Source of the DNA: Camelus ferus
Taxonomy: Eukaryota
Direction of reading: 5' to 3'
Length of the DNA stretch: 64,000 nt
Assembly (NCBI RefSeq): GCF_009834535.1
Contig: NC_045696.1
Coordinates: 87,608,001-87,672,000 of the forward strand
The notes under the pieces are model-generated. The model was not told the DNA's origin, searched no databases, and saw nothing but the letters and a program-made list of their open reading frames with translations. Made by a program: the position numbers and the translations under genes. Of this stretch, positions 26,252 to 40,146 are shown piece by piece (the first letter of the stretch is position 1; every line of letters starts with the position of its first letter).

Positions 26252-26312
26252 TAAAACTAAAACTAAAACTAAAACTAAAACTAAAACTAAAACAAATAAG
26301 TAAGTAAGTAAG
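26252..26312. repeat. Compound microsatellite (TAAAAC)7 + (TAAG)4
   Basis: Read directly; explains the KLKLKL run in ORF 26098..26307. Confidence 0.95.
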
Positions 26313-27744
26313 TAAATCTTTGTAGAAAGTTCTGTGGCACCTCAGAACAGATCCAAAGACCAAGAGAGATTATAAGATCCAGCTTAAGTTTTCATTTTCT
26401 TGCATTGTATCAGCCTATACTTTTATTTAAATTTAATAAATCAGGACCAGCATGAAAAATCAAGCTACCGGATCCAGACCCCTTTTCCCTAGTAATATTA
26501 TCAATAATACCAAGGTCCAAAATACGGCAGAGATATTTCTGATCAATATTGTCTTTCCTGCTGAAATTCTTTTACACATATGAAGAGAGAGAGAGAGGAA
26601 GAGAGAAACAGAGATTTATACTGATAAAAAAGTAGGTTCTTAAAAGTAGCCAGCACTCTATCCAGTGCAGTAGCAAGCATAGTTATATTCTGTGATTGTA
26701 AGACACTTGGTTTATCTCTGAACTTTGTTATTTAATCACATCTACATGTAGTAAAAATCCAAGATCAATGGAAAATTTTGAGACGTTTATAACATTTTTA
26801 TGCGTCTTAGCTAATCTTGCTTTGAGTATATTATTAAAATTATGTTCATAATATGGAGAGAATAAAACTGCTGGTCAGAAGAGAATACTGATTTATCTCA
26901 GTGATGTATTGAAATAGTCATTCTATCCTACCAAAAATGCTCATTGGTATGTTTTTACAAATCCCCTAGGGATTGGACAATTATAAACTCACTCTGTAAA
27001 AATATGTCTTTTTATACAGAATTTTAAATGCAGCAATGAGTGTACCCAGTAAGATCTGCCCTATCCATCCATTTCCAAGAGCTAAGTTCTTTCCTAGGTT
27101 GCTTTAAAACTCATAAGCTGAAAGGATAGCAGAAATTTATAACCAAAGCTGCCATCAGTTGCTTTGTCAAACTTTTTAATCATATTTCTTCAGACTCCAG
27201 GTGACCCACTATAACCTTACCACTAAAATGAACAAGCCTTATTCCTTCCTTTCCCCATTCATTAACACTTTTCTGAAGTTTTCCATTGTCATAATCTTGA
27301 CAGCCTGCAGGGGTTCACAATAGTTCTTTTTCTTACTTGGATAACCATGTTGGCGTCCCTGAACCCATTTTTATTTGTAAGCTGTAGATTGAACATTCTT
27401 TCTCTTCTCTGATTTTTTAAAGCCCTACATTCATCACACGTCCTGTGATGTTTATAATAATATATAATAATATAATAATAATAATGTAAACTTTACAAAA
27501 TATACCTAAATAACAGAACTTTCTGTGCCAACAAAAAAAAGTTATGCTCAGCTTTTTCAGTATTTCATGACTTTTAGTCACGTAAACTCACTTGCTGTGT
27601 TTATTGACACATGACACGTCAGACTGCCATGGGATATACATATATGTGTGTATGTGTAAAGTGTAAATTTAAAGATACATGTGTATATATACATATATGT
27701 AATATACAGTATGTCACTGTTTTTAAAGAACTGTTATGTCAATG

Positions 27745-27880
27745 TGATGTAATTGTTATCAACCTTATATTACAGGTAAGGAAACTGAGATATAATCATT
27801 AATATTTTATCCAAGATCACAAAAGTAGTAAATGACAAAGACAGAAACTAATTTGGAATGACTCCAAATCTGATACTTAC
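27745..27880. mobile_element. MIR SINE fragment
   Basis: 'ttatattacaggtaaggaaactgaga...ccaagatcacaaaagtagtaaatgacaaag...tgactccaaatctg'. Confidence 0.75.
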
Positions 27881-28029
27881 TTTTTCTACAATAACATTTT
27901 TCTCTTTCTGACACAATCTCATGAAAATTTCTTTGGATTTTCCCAACTCAAGGTTGATTTTTAATCCATCCGATCATATTATTTTCTAATACTAGGGCTC
28001 TATTCCAAGAACTAATTGCCTCATTTCTT

Positions 28030-28470
28030 CAGTGATTGTCTTTTAAGGTCAATTTACTCCACTTCACTTCTATGTTTTATATAGCTGCCAGTTAAAACTG
28101 TTTTAATGTCACTGTCTGCCAATTCTAACAGCTGTGACCCTTCTGAGTGGGCTCCAATTGATGGATTCTTCTTCTCACAATGGGTCATATTTTCCTGCTT
28201 CTTTGTTAAGCCTGGTGATCTCTGACTGGAAACCAGGAAATGTGAACTCCACATTTTTGTGGGTATTTTTGTGTTCTTATAAATATTATTAAGCTTTATT
28301 CTGGGATGTAGTTAAGTTGCTTCGAGACAGTTTGACCTTCTCTGATCTTGCTTTTATGATACCCTGGGGGGGTTCACAGAGTCCCTGGTCTAGGGCTAAT
28401 TATCCCCAGCTCTGTGAGTACTGTTCTCTCCAATTCCTCAAATGGTTCTTTCCTTGCCTTTGGGTATTAG
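28030..28470 (-). mobile_element. Old L1 (L1M) 5'UTR/ORF1-start fragment
   Basis: 'atgggtcatattttcctgcttcttt...ttctgggatgtagttaagtt...acagtttgacc...ggtctagggctaattatcccc'. Minus ORF 28054..28254 (KKQENMTH...QLLELADSDIKT) resembles an old L1 ORF1 N-terminus. Confidence 0.7.
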
Positions 28471-28694
28471 CTAGACTGAAAATTATGTAATCCTTGAGGT
28501 ATTAGGTGAGTTCTCCAAAGGCAGTTTCTCAATATCTAAGGATAATTAGCTGTAGACTAATGCTGCTCTGGTGAAACCATTCTTCCCTTAGCTTAAAAGA
28601 GGTTCAACTTTTCTTACTTAATATTTTTTCAGTTAACATAAATTTTACATTAGCCTCACCTTCCTCTAGTCACTTTTCCTTCTTATCCCTCTCT

Positions 28695-28850
28695 AAACTT
28701 CGGTTTCCTCATCCATAAAATAGGAAAAATAATATTTATTCACACTGGGTTACTGTGAAGAAAAAATGAGACAAAGCATGTGAAGTTTTTAGCTTTTTCC
28801 TGGCACAGAGCACTCAAGCGATTTTAGCTTTTGATGTTATTATTGCGTGT
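28695..28850 (+). mobile_element. MIR SINE fragment
   Basis: 'cttcggtttcctcatccataaaatagg...gggttactgtgaagaaaaaatgagacaaagcatgtgaag...cctggcacagagcactcaa'. Confidence 0.8.
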
Positions 28851-29542
28851 AGTTGAAATTCATCTGCCTGACTTTAAGGTTCACTAGAGTCTGATTCTGC
28901 ACCATCCTTCCCCTCTCACCTGTTAGTTTTGGTCTCACAGACAAATTTCTCTAGTCTCATTCTCTTCCTTATCCAAGCACACCTCCACGACTTCCAAGCC
29001 TCTGCCTTATTTCTCCCATTATTCCTGGACCTTGACAGCCCTTTCTTTCTGTGATTTCTGTCCATCCAGATCCTTCTAACCCCCCATTATCCATTCTCTC
29101 CAAATCCTCTCTGATATCTCTAGCTTCACTGCTTTCCATTCTTACACAACAAAGAATCCATGTGACATGATTTAACAATTGATTTGGCAGGATTTTTCCC
29201 TGGTGATTTTTCACCATGACACATCTATCTTCAAATAGATATATTCCTTAATGGAGTTTTTAAAAGCTATTTTTCCCTCATAACTTCCACTCTGCCTCTC
29301 ATAGTTAACCAACTGACAATATGAAGTCATTGTTCACTGACATTCTTTATAGAATATTGTTTTTATTATTTTGAGCTTCCACTTCTCTAAACAAACCTTG
29401 GAAATATTACATTTAAGAAACAGCTCTTTAGATTCACAAACCATACATTTCATATTGGATATTTTATTGCCAATAGGTGTAAAAGCATTTTATATCAGCT
29501 TTAACAGCATATATGCAATTACATGGGGTTTTACATTTAGCA

Positions 29543-30197
29543 CAGTCATTTCTCATTATTCACAGATCTTGTATTAGTAAATTAGTCTCTCAGTAAAACT
29601 TACTTGTACCTCAAAATCAATACTGGTGGCACTTTCCCAGTCATTTGTGAACATATGCAAAGCTGGAAATAACTGGCTTCATCCAATATACACATTCCCA
29701 ACTGAAGTCAAACAAGGAGACCCCTTTTCTTCTTGGCTCACATCTCAAAACTGAAAATCAGTGTCCCTTTGCAGGTCTACTTAGTGCCGGGGTTTTTTTT
29801 GGTATTTTTGTACTTTCTATTGGTATTTTTTTCTTCCTGTTTAAACAAGCCCCCAAGCATAGTGCTAAAGTACTGTCTAATGTTTCTGAAGACAAGAAAG
29901 CTGCACTGTGCCCCACAGAGAAAATATGTGTGTTAGATATTTATGTTCATTCAGACATGAGTTAAAAGCTGTCAGCCCTGAGTTTAATGGCAACTAATCA
30001 ACAATATGTATTAAATAAGATATCTTTAAACAGACAGACACATCAGATAAGTAGTGCATTAATCAGCTGATGAGTATGTTGTGACCAGAGACTTGCTAAT
30101 CTTGTTTGCCCCCGAAGCAGTAGTCCCTTGTCTGCTACATTCAGTGTTCGGAGTGACCGTGAAGAACATACCTATTGTGAATGATGAGAACTGACTG
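29543..30197. mobile_element. Tigger-family non-autonomous DNA transposon (MER82-like), full length
   Basis: TIRs CAGTCATTTCTCATTATTCAC / GTGAATGATGAGAACTGACTG; TA at the right end (CA at the left); 655 bp; internal 'gcccccaagcatagtgctaaagtactgtctaatgtt...agaaagctg...gagaaaatatgtgtgttagata'. Confidence 0.85.
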
Positions 30198-31149
30198 TAG
30201 TTCCTGTCTTATCTTTATATTATTAATGAGTATAACAACAGGAATTTTTAAATGTTCTCATTAAAATAGAAGGACTTGATACACAAATGATTATGTAAAT
30301 TACTTTAAGTGTGCATCTGGATAATTTAGAAAAATTTTTTGAAATGATGAATACCTCTCTTTCTTCAATAATAAATAAGTTCTTGACTTCACTCTCTGAG
30401 TCTAGGACTTTAAAAACATCACATGGCTCATTACGTCTGACAACGACTTATAATTTGAACTGAGCTAAGTTAAAAAGAAAGAATTGCATTTTGGTTTGTT
30501 CTGACAATAATCTTCAATGATAATTCATAACTATCTGTTACATACAAAAAGCTCAATCAAAAATTATTTTTAGTATAAATAAGCCAAATGAATACCTATT
30601 TTTTGAATAGAAGAAAACCTCCAATTCCATTGATATGTATATGTTTATTTCATATCATTTGAAATGATCCTGATGCAGAAAGGCTAAAATAGACTTTCCC
30701 AATAGATTTAAATCCTTACTCATATCATTTCTTTTAAATAGTAGACTAAAGTTATGAACATGGTCATCATTAAATAAAAACATTCAGAAAATTAATTTAT
30801 TTGGAGTAATACATTTGAGCTACTTATGAATGTATATACAATGTTAAATGAGATAACATATGTAAAATATAAATTGTTGTATACTGTATCTAGCAAATTC
30901 ATTCAATTAGAAATATTCACTGAGACCCAGGTTAGGAGCTAGGGATGTAAAGCTGTATTAGTTATAGTCTATGTCTCCAAGAGGCTTATGGTTGATAGCA
31001 AAGGAAACAGAATCATAAGCAAATAATTATAATAGAAAATGATACTTTTAATGATAATGACATTATGAAACAGGGAAGTTTCTAAATCAACCTAAAGGAT
31101 ACTCCTAAAATGGGTTTTGAAAATAAGTAAGGTATCAGCTTTACTCAAT

Positions 31150-31405
31150 GTCTTAAAAAAAATGGTAACAACCAATGTGTCTTCTAATTGGTGAATGGAT
31201 AAATGAACTGAGGCACATCCAGACAATGGACTATTATTCAGCAGTAAAGTAAATCCCTTAAGCTATTAAAAGAGATAGAGAAACCATGTACTTTACTGAA
31301 TATATCAGTATTTTTCCTTATTTATAACAAAATATGAACACTCTATACTATCTTTCAACTTTTCTGTACATCTAAAACTGTTCTTTTAAAAAAGTCTATT
31401 TAAAA
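31150..31405 (+). mobile_element. Old L1 3' fragment (internally deleted)
   Basis: 'aacaaccaatgtgtcttc...ggtgaatggataaatgaactg...catccagacaatggactattattcagcagtaaa' and 'caacttttctgtacatctaaaactgttc'. Confidence 0.75.
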
Positions 31406-31595
31406 ATACAATTATTTTTGAGCCCAGCAAAGGTGGAGTGGGTAAGGAATGCAGGGAGAGGGGGAGAATATGAGAAAACTCACAGAAGCAAGAAACAGCA
31501 GAGAACGGCAGCACATTTTAAGAAGTTCAGGCACACAGCATGGGAAGCAGAGCACGGTCAGAGACATACTGAAGGGAAAAAGCAGCCTCTGCCAG

Positions 31596-32139
31596 TGTTA
31601 ACTGTGCACTGATGTGGTGACAACAGGCTGTCTGCTGTGAGTGTTCCCCACTTCATTATAAATAAACAATTCACAGAACACCAAACTGAGACAGGCACGC
31701 TCTGATTTGACAGAGTGAGACACAAACAAGACCACTCTGTAGTCACGTCTCAGTACAGACGAAAACGAGAACAGAGAAAACCACAAAAATGACCAAACAT
31801 TCTCCTTTCCTAATGTGAGTGACCTTTGCTTCTTAACCAATCACACCTTTAGCACCTCTCCATTTCCTCCAATTCCTAGATGAAACAGCATCACTAAGAT
31901 ACACAATCCTATACTTCGCCTGCTTTCTGCCAGCACCCAAAGCAGAGCAAACTGCCTGCTTTTTCAAACCCTCCCCCAAATTACTTAACGCAAGTTCTTT
32001 AACCAGTCTCTTCTCACACCTTCTTACTGTCCCATTGTTACCCATGAGGTACACTTTTCCCAGCTGGAGCACTAAGAAACCCAATTTTGTTTGACGACAG
32101 GTATGTGTGTTCCTGGGGGGTTTTGCCTGGCAGGCATTA
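31596..32139 (+). mobile_element. Ancient eutherian ERV solo LTR inserted in an L2 fossil
   Basis: Starts TGTTAAC; 'aaccacaaaaatgaccaaacat', CCAAT box 'aaccaatcac', and a 3' end 'aaacccaattttgtttgacgacaggtatgtgtgttcctgggggg...ggcatta'. Candidate 5-bp TSD GCCAG at 31591-95 and 32140-44. Confidence 0.7.
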
Positions 32140-35100
32140 GCCAGAAAAGACAGATACAGCCCAGGAACATAGCGCAGGAACACAGGAACATGGGCTGTGT
32201 TAGGCAGCTTGGACTTCATTGTGCAATACAATGAGGGGTCTTATGAAGAATTGTATGCATGGAATGATATGGCTTAAATCACATTTAAGTTTTGGATGGT
32301 GGATATGTGGACAATGGTTTTGCGGGATAAAAGAGTGTAAGTTAGGGACTGTTGTCAGCCGAGGCCTGAACTTGGGGATAAGTAAGAATGGAAGGAAAGC
32401 GATGAATTTGAGAAATGCTTATTGAGTAAAACATATAGTCTACAGTCATTGGTAATGAGAATAAGAGTGAGACTAAACACTCAATCAAAGACACTGAGTA
32501 TTGGTTAATCACGTCAGTATTTCACAACTGACTGCCCCATAGGGATGCCCACAATGCAGACCTGTACGGGTATGACAGCATGAGAACTGAATGGATAAGG
32601 CACTCACAATTAAACATTTGGATGAAAATACAAGGCAGGTCACTGTTTCCATATTTGAAATTCTATCTTGGTAATATGGTACAGTACTCTAATTATATTG
32701 GAGGCATTTTTTGGTTTCAAAGAATATACGGTATTTGCTTGATAAAAAGTGACAGAAAACACCATAAATATATGGCTGATTTTTTGCCTAGAAGAAAGAC
32801 CAAGAGGTGACAGTTTTCCATGAAGAATGCAATTCAATCCTAAATGAATGAAAATACCTCCTGATGAAAAGATGTCCTCGGAATATTATTAGCTCTGCCA
32901 GACTGAAAACTTCACAAGGGCAGGGAGTGTGTGTGCTATGTCTATGATTTTACTCTTGGTACCCATCATGACACCCCCTGGCATATAACAGATGCTCATT
33001 AATTAACAGACAGTGTGTCTGCAACAGAGAGAGGCCAACAACACCAACGACTGATAGTGGAAAGAGCTCTTTAAAAGAGTAGCAGCATGGATTGAAAAGG
33101 GCTATTTGCAGACCTAGAGCACAAACATCAGAGAGTGGCTGTGGGAGCCAAGGAATTCGGTTGAGGTAGCACAGCAGTGCAGGGTGGGCGGGAGTGTTCT
33201 CACTGTGGGTTCCAAGACAGAGAAGATACAGGAGAGCAAGCACTCAGAGGGGAGAAAAGATCGTCTGTGTCTGGATTTTCAACAAGGATGATATACAAGG
33301 TACCAATACTAGGATGTTGGCTGTTGAGTGAGCAGCAGTAGCCTCCCCCACCAAGATAAGTGTGGCTAAGAGGGTGAATCATTACCAGTGAATATTTTCA
33401 CACTGCCATTCTACCCTATCCCAGATTCTGGCAAATCCCATGAGGTTCTTTGAAACAGGGAGTGGAGAGGTATAAGAGACCCCTTTGTAAAACCGTAAGA
33501 AAGCAGGAGCTGATGATGGCGGATTAAAAGGGAGAACAGTGAAATCCAGTTAAGGAATTCTTCTTAGGATAGTAACAGCCAGGCCTCAGTGAAAGTGGAT
33601 TGGTTGTCAAAATAAAACTCAAGCAGTGTACCTGTATGTAAACACTTCTCTCTACATAATTTAACTGCTGAGTAAATTTATTTTATCATTTATCTCTAGT
33701 ATGAATAATTTCAAATAACTTTAGAAGTAAAAACTTCTAGTTAAATAAAAAGAATTAGTTCAACTCTAAGAAGAAATAGCTGAATTGGGATAGTGTCTAA
33801 GAAGCCCAAGTAGTAAATATATTATGGCACCCTACTCCCCAGGCCCAAAAAACAGCCACATGCAATGAAAAACAGTTTTCATTTCAAAATGACACAATGT
33901 CTATATATTCTGAAATAAGTTCACTGAGGCATACATTTTTTTTCTTTCACTTCCTCCTCCTTTTTCTCTGCTTGCATCACTTTGTTGTCCTGTTTCTGTT
34001 GCTCAACATGTGTTTAGTTCATTAACAGGGTGTCTTCATTGACCCTGGCAACCTCAGGACTACAAAGGCAAAGGTCAATTTTTCTTGATGCTCTTTTTGG
34101 ATCCCTATTTATCAAGCAGAGAGGAAAGACACAAATGAACCCCCCCCCAAATTAGTTATACTAAAATTTAACATGTAAAATTGTAGGAAATAAAAGGACA
34201 ATTTTTGTACATAATTATGGAAGCTAGAATATTTAGGGACAATTTCAGTCAGTAATCAATCAGTTGTTTTCAATAAGCAGAAAGTGTTCGATTTTTCAAT
34301 CTGGCAGGACGTCTTGTTCTCATGGGAACACCATTTGTCATGCTTGTCGATCCATGGCTTCCCCAAAATAAACTGAAGCTGCTTCCCCAGTAGCTTTACT
34401 TGGGAAAAATGCAATTTGTCCAAAAATTTACCACTATCAAACACTGTGTATTAATTTGTCTTTTATATATATGTATTTTTGCATTTTTCTCTGGTCCAAA
34501 GTCAGTTTATGTCTTGTAGTACAAAAGTTTATACAATATTGCTTGTTTGTTGTATGGATTCATTGAGTACAATCAAGACCTTGGAAACAAAAGAAATCCA
34601 AAGAAATACCAAAATGAACAAGAAGCGTATCTAAGAACAAAGAATGTATATATCCAAAATAAAGAAACAAAAGCTCATATTACAAGTAAGATAATTTTTT
34701 ACCATCCAATTTTTTGAGATTATAAAATGCTAGATGTAAAAGCAGGGACAAAGTATATGCCTGTAGCTGGCAGGCTAGCAGTAATGCCCATCCAAATCTT
34801 TGTGTAACACATGTGTGCATGTGAATGTAGCTATATGTATATAAGGGCATGGACTCCCCACTAAAGTTCTGGAGGGCAAGTAAAAGCTGGAAGTTATTAG
34901 CCATTTACAACTAATCTAAGGAATACAGGCATGATACTGGTACACAGAAATCTAAATTACCTGTGAATTTCATTGACTATCTTGCTGAAAAGTCTATACT
35001 TACACATATGACCGTATGCCATCTATTAATAGGTAACTATAAGAATTGTGCATCCTTTTAGAGAACTTAAATTTTCGTAAGACTAGATTCACTGAGAACT

Positions 35101-36746
35101 TGATTTAAAAGCTATGGATACTCTCTCTAGAAATTTACACTTAAACCCACCTCTAGCATATATAATCAAAAGGTCCATAGTTACAGTAAGGGACATTGCA
35201 TACACCCCAGGTTCCATGGATGATGTATTTTAAAAATCTCTTTTTCTAAAAGAACATGTTGATGGCAAGTGGCCCTCCTTTCAATAATAGAGAAGGCGCT
35301 TGCTGAGGCAGTGAGAGGGTGTGTCCTCCTAGAACCAGACTGCAAGGAAATCTACTGTGTCAGCTCTACCATGAGAGAAATACTGTAGCACAAGCAGAAT
35401 GAAGAAACCCAAGCCTTGAATATGCTGATTATGCTTCAGAGGGAGTTTACCTCTAAAGTCGTTCAGTTAATTGGGTCTTAACTGAGAGATATTTTAGTGA
35501 CGTCTGCTAAGCATAATTAACAAAAAGAGAGACTCTAAATCAGGCTCCAAGAGAAAGAAAAAACAAACAAACAAAAACCACCTGGAAGGAAAAATGAAAA
35601 AGATAACATTTTCAAATATAGTCAAGAGAACTCTGGAAAGGAAAGAATGCTGATTTTAACAGGAAAAGAAAAAAGACAGAAATTATCCAGTTCAGTGTAG
35701 TTAATGAAAGCAAAATCATATTTAAAAGTAGCTCAAAACATCAGCATGCATAGTCTTTCTGAGGCTGGAGGGAGAAGATACTTGATAGTTTGAAAAAGGA
35801 TTTAGAAGGAAATTTACCATTCTGCAGAGCCAGTTTTGGCTAGAGACACATAACTGAAAAGAATATATTTAGCCTTGCCTCGTTAATAAGCCATTAATGG
35901 GAAAAAGTCACCAACAACTTAACTGACCTTCTGGATCTTGTCAGAATCTTGTCAAGGAGATGGCAGTGGGAGAGTGACAGATAGTCAGTGACTAAATGAC
36001 AATGGCTGGGAAGACTATGATTATAATGAAATGTACCTTTGAGAAACTGATTTAGAACAGATGTGCTGAGAGTTATTAGGTAACACTGTAAATTCTATTC
36101 TGTTATTTGCCCTTCTGCAGTTGCCTGTGTTCTGGTGTCCAGGTGTTTGCAAATTTGGCAAGGAGGAGAGAAAGAGTCACACACACTTACAGGTATGTGT
36201 GTGTGAGAAGGGCGGGGACCTTTGCCATCTGCCAGTCTCCATCACCCTATACACTGCCCTTCAAAACCCTTAGCCTGAATGCTTCTTACTAGTATAGGAT
36301 GTCAGTACCATCACACTTCCCAATGCTGTCACTTGATAAGTATTCTAAGCATATCCCTATTTTGGTGTTGAACATTTCTAGATGCAAATATCCTCTAAGT
36401 TTATATAAATACATATAATATTTAATTATAGATAATATGCATTATAATAATTTAATTATGATTATATTATAATATGAATAAAACTATAATTATATTTAAT
36501 CATAATATATTAATTATAGTATATATGATTAAATAATTATATATACTTTATTTACACTGCAATATTTTTGTCATGTTTTATTTTTATTACAGCCTATAAA
36601 ATATATACTTATATATATAATATAATAACATTACATATTGTTACAATAAATACAGACAACAATGATTTGATGAAAGTGAGAGTATGGTGAAGCCCAATGA
36701 CACTGAAGTTTAAATTCTTTGCACTCAAAACAGGTAGGCAACTCAG

Positions 36747-37115
36747 CACTGTAGACTGAATGTTTCCCTCCCAGATCTGTACACTGATGTCCAAATCCCC
36801 AGTGGGATGGTATCTGAAGGTGAGGCCTTTGGAAAGAAATCGGGTCATGGGGGTGGAGCCCTCACATGGGACTAGTGCCCATATAAGAAGTGTCAGGAAA
36901 GAGATGATTTCTCTCTCTCCTTCAAATGAGGATACAACAAGGTCTTCATCTGCCAACAAGAAAGCAAACTTTCACCAGAACCTGATCGTGCTGGTTCTCT
37001 GTATGTTTGGAAGTCTCCAGACTTCCAGCTTCCAGAACAGTGAGAAATAAACTTCTGTGGTTGAAGCCACCCAGTTTATGGCATTCTGTTACAGCAGCTC
37101 AAACTGACTGAGACA
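36747..37115 (+). mobile_element. MaLR solo LTR (MLT1A-like)
   Basis: 'ctgtagactgaatgtt...ggtgaggcctttgg...ggtggagccctca...cttccagaacagtgagaaataaacttctg...aactgactgagaca'. Perfect 5-bp TSD CTCAG at 36742-46 and 37116-20. Confidence 0.92.
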
Positions 37116-37901
37116 CTCAGTCAGAAGTCAAGGGGTAAAAAGATACTGGAGAGTCACTGAAATAACCTTCTCAGGGACAGATATAGTTGTAGTGTTTCAT
37201 GATTAGTCCAATCACTCATTCTTTTATGAAGGTGCCTCAGATCCTGTGAACTCTTATTAACTCTTCCTGTGAACAATTCTAAACTTTCAGATTTTCAACA
37301 ATTTTTTTAAAACTGTTGCCTACTGTCAATCTTACAGCTCAACTTAGTTATTTGTATGTAGTAAGCATCAAGTAGTGTTTGCCAAATTACAATGACTTAT
37401 CTCACTCTTCTCAGGCAATACAAAATTAATGGTACATCTTTCTAACTCAAGTTTTCAAACTTTCTTTAGCAATAAGAAAGGCCCATTCAAGAGCACTGAT
37501 CACCAACGTGCTGAAGGGAAGCTAGTAAGAACAGTGTTCTCAGAGCTCGTTATTTTCCATGAGCTAGCTACCACAAAGGAAACAGACACAAATTAGCTAC
37601 AGATACCAGTCAGCTTCTGTCTGACATTTGCAAACCTGCAATAGCCCTAGCACTATACCTATGTTTACTCTAAAGTTTTATTCCGAACCTCATGGGCCAC
37701 TTAATTCTGTCCACATCTTGGATACCTCATCTCTGATCACTTGTCAGAATATCAATCACTTTCACCTCCTAACTCTCTCCTTCTCTTATATCACACACAT
37801 TTTCCTCTCCCTTCTGATACTGTCTATCCCTACCCCACCACTCATCTTTCTTCATAATATTTCTGTTGGGTTTATAAAGTCAGAAAATTCCCCCACATCT
37901 G

Positions 37902-38017
37902 TTCCTTCCTTCCTTCCTTCATCCCTCCCTCCCTCCCTTCCTTTTTCGTCTCCTTTTCTTTTCTTTTCTTTTCTTTTCTTTCCTTTCCCTTTCCTTTCCC
38001 TTTCTTTCTTTTCTTTT
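37902..38017. repeat. Polypyrimidine compound microsatellite (CTTC/CCCT/CTTTT)
   Basis: Read directly from the sequence. Confidence 0.93.
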
Positions 38018-38354
38018 CACAGAACATTCTCATTCCCTTCTTCCTACCAGGCAGCCTTGTTTCTCCTCCATGACCTTGTATCCCATGTAACAGATTTTGT
38101 AGTACTCAGTACTCTAACCTCAAGTTCCCAGCGTCTCAGCACAGAAAGGGAAAGGAAACAAAAGCAGATAAGTTGGAACTCTTCTCACAGTATTATTTTT
38201 TTTTTAAAGCTCATGAAAAAAAATTCTCCATTTTTAAAAATTCATACTCTCCAGCTCTATCAGCCTCTAATCAGTGTTAACAGTCAGGTACAATTATCTG
38301 CCATATTCCTTGGGATCTTTTGCTCTTGGCTCAAAGTCTTCACCTACATTTGAA

Positions 38355-38607
38355 TTTTTTTTTAATTTTTACTTAATTTTTAATTGAAGTATAGTCAGTT
38401 TACAATGTTGTGTCAGTTTCTACTATACAGTATAATGCTTCAGCCATACATATACATATATATATATTCCTTTTCATATTATTTTCAATTATAGGTTACT
38501 ACAAGATATTGAATATAGTTCCCTGTGCTGTAAAGAAGAAATTTGTTTTTCTACCTATTTTATATATAGTAGTTAATATTTGTGACTCTTGAACTGCCAA
38601 TTATCCC
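38355..38607 (-). mobile_element. 5'-truncated younger L1 3' UTR (cetartiodactyl/camelid type)
   Basis: T-rich tail then 'aattgaagtatagtcagtttacaatgttgtg...ataggttactacaagatattgaatatagttccctgtgctgta'; reverse complement of the 3' ends at 54700-54920. Confidence 0.92.
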
Positions 38608-39761
38608 AGGTATTTTTTAAGACAGGTTTGTTCCTGCTATCTTCTGCCACATACAGACATATCTAAGCTTAGTGAGCAGCACTAACCATTCTATTGCTCT
38701 CCCAGGAATTCTAAGAGGGCATAGTGGAGATAACTGCTCACTGCTACTGAGTCAGGGGCCCCAGGTGGGATGGGAGTGGGGGAGAGGAAGGATGACTAAA
38801 TGGTCGAGGGCAAGAATCGGATGGAGGCTTCCTCTCTCGCTGTTTGGCTCTGGGCTGGTGTGACCCAAAGCGCCTACACTTGGCTTAATCACAGCAAGGT
38901 TACTTCTGAGTAGTATGACCTTTCTCCCTGGTAGCTCAGGGTTCCAAGAGTGACTATTCCAGTAAACACATGGAAGCTGCATGGTCCCTATGACCCAACC
39001 TTGGAACTTCACATAGTGTCACTTCTTTACAATTGCCACAGATGTAAGGAGCTAATTAAGTGGCAGGAAAAAAAAAAGACTGAAGATGGGGAGATGGAAA
39101 AATTGGATACAGTAGTCACAGTTGTTTCGGTTATATTTCAAATAAGTAAAATGCACCCTCTTAAATATGCTATTTCACATAAAAGACTGACAACTCTGTG
39201 GCCTTAAAATTATCCTTCAAAATAATTGTGTCCTATAAATATTTTTAAAGTTTATTTTTCTAAAGTATTTTAAAAATACAGGCAAGTATGCATAATTATA
39301 AAATGAAAAACCATGTACACAACATCCAGCTTTTAAAATGTTTGCATATTTTTATATTTACTTAGAGATACTTTTTCAAACACTAAAACAGAACAGGTAG
39401 AGTTGAGGCATCTTATGTAAACTTCTTAATCCTATTTGCCTTCTTATCTCCCCAGAATTAACTACAATTGATTTGGAGTCTATTATTACCTATTATAAAA
39501 CTCTATTATGACACATGCATACAGCCATAAAAATACAGTTAGGCTCTGTAGCATTTTTGAACTTCATATACACAGAAACATACTATACACTTGCTCTGTA
39601 CCACATACTACTCAAAACATTTCATATTTTTAATTTAGGTAAAATAACAATGGCCCTATGAATAGAAAATTATCACATACACACCCCCACTCCATTACAC
39701 ATGAGAAAAATAAATGAGGCCAAGAGACATTTGCAAAGTACTTTGAAGGTCTGAGATTATC

Positions 39762-40146
39762 TATGAGCTAACAAGTTAGTCTGCCAAAGATTCCTGGATA
39801 CTTGTAGAGGACAGGAGACACCCAGGTTAGATGAAAGACAATGCATTGCTCCTAGTAAAAGCAGTGTCCAGAGCACTAGCATTTTTTGCCTTGGTTCTCC
39901 CAATCCAGTTCATCAGGGGAGAAAGGTCAGATGATATCTGCAAGGGCAGTGGATTGCATTGCAAAGGAGGGGCAGTGAGCTTAGGGAAACCTTAATAATG
40001 TGCCTGCCCTTTGCTCCAGAGGGAGACGCTATCTCTGAGTCCAGAGTCTGTTCACTATACAAATATCTTTGGAAGGATAGTTCCAAGCAAATTGTAAGCA
40101 AGGGGGCCACAAAAGTAGGAGACCCATGGAGAGCTGTCTCACAGCA
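39762..40146 (-). mobile_element. ERV1-class solo LTR within decayed L1ME sequence
   Basis: Minus strand starts TGCTGTGAGACAGCTCTCCATGGGTCTC; the other end is 'gagctaacaagttagtctgcc'; internal 'cctgccctttgctccagagggagacgctatctct'. Confidence 0.65.

Noticed and set aside
36400..36640. Extremely AT-rich tract with local palindromes (similar tracts at 9085-9180 and 62480-62530)
   Set aside because: Low-complexity AT DNA generates self-complementarity trivially; no defined unit or termini.
37628..38353. Longest ORF in the track (241 aa)
   Set aside because: Non-ATG start; it stays open because it crosses a stop-poor polypyrimidine microsatellite (S/F/P/L-rich); no recognisable domain.
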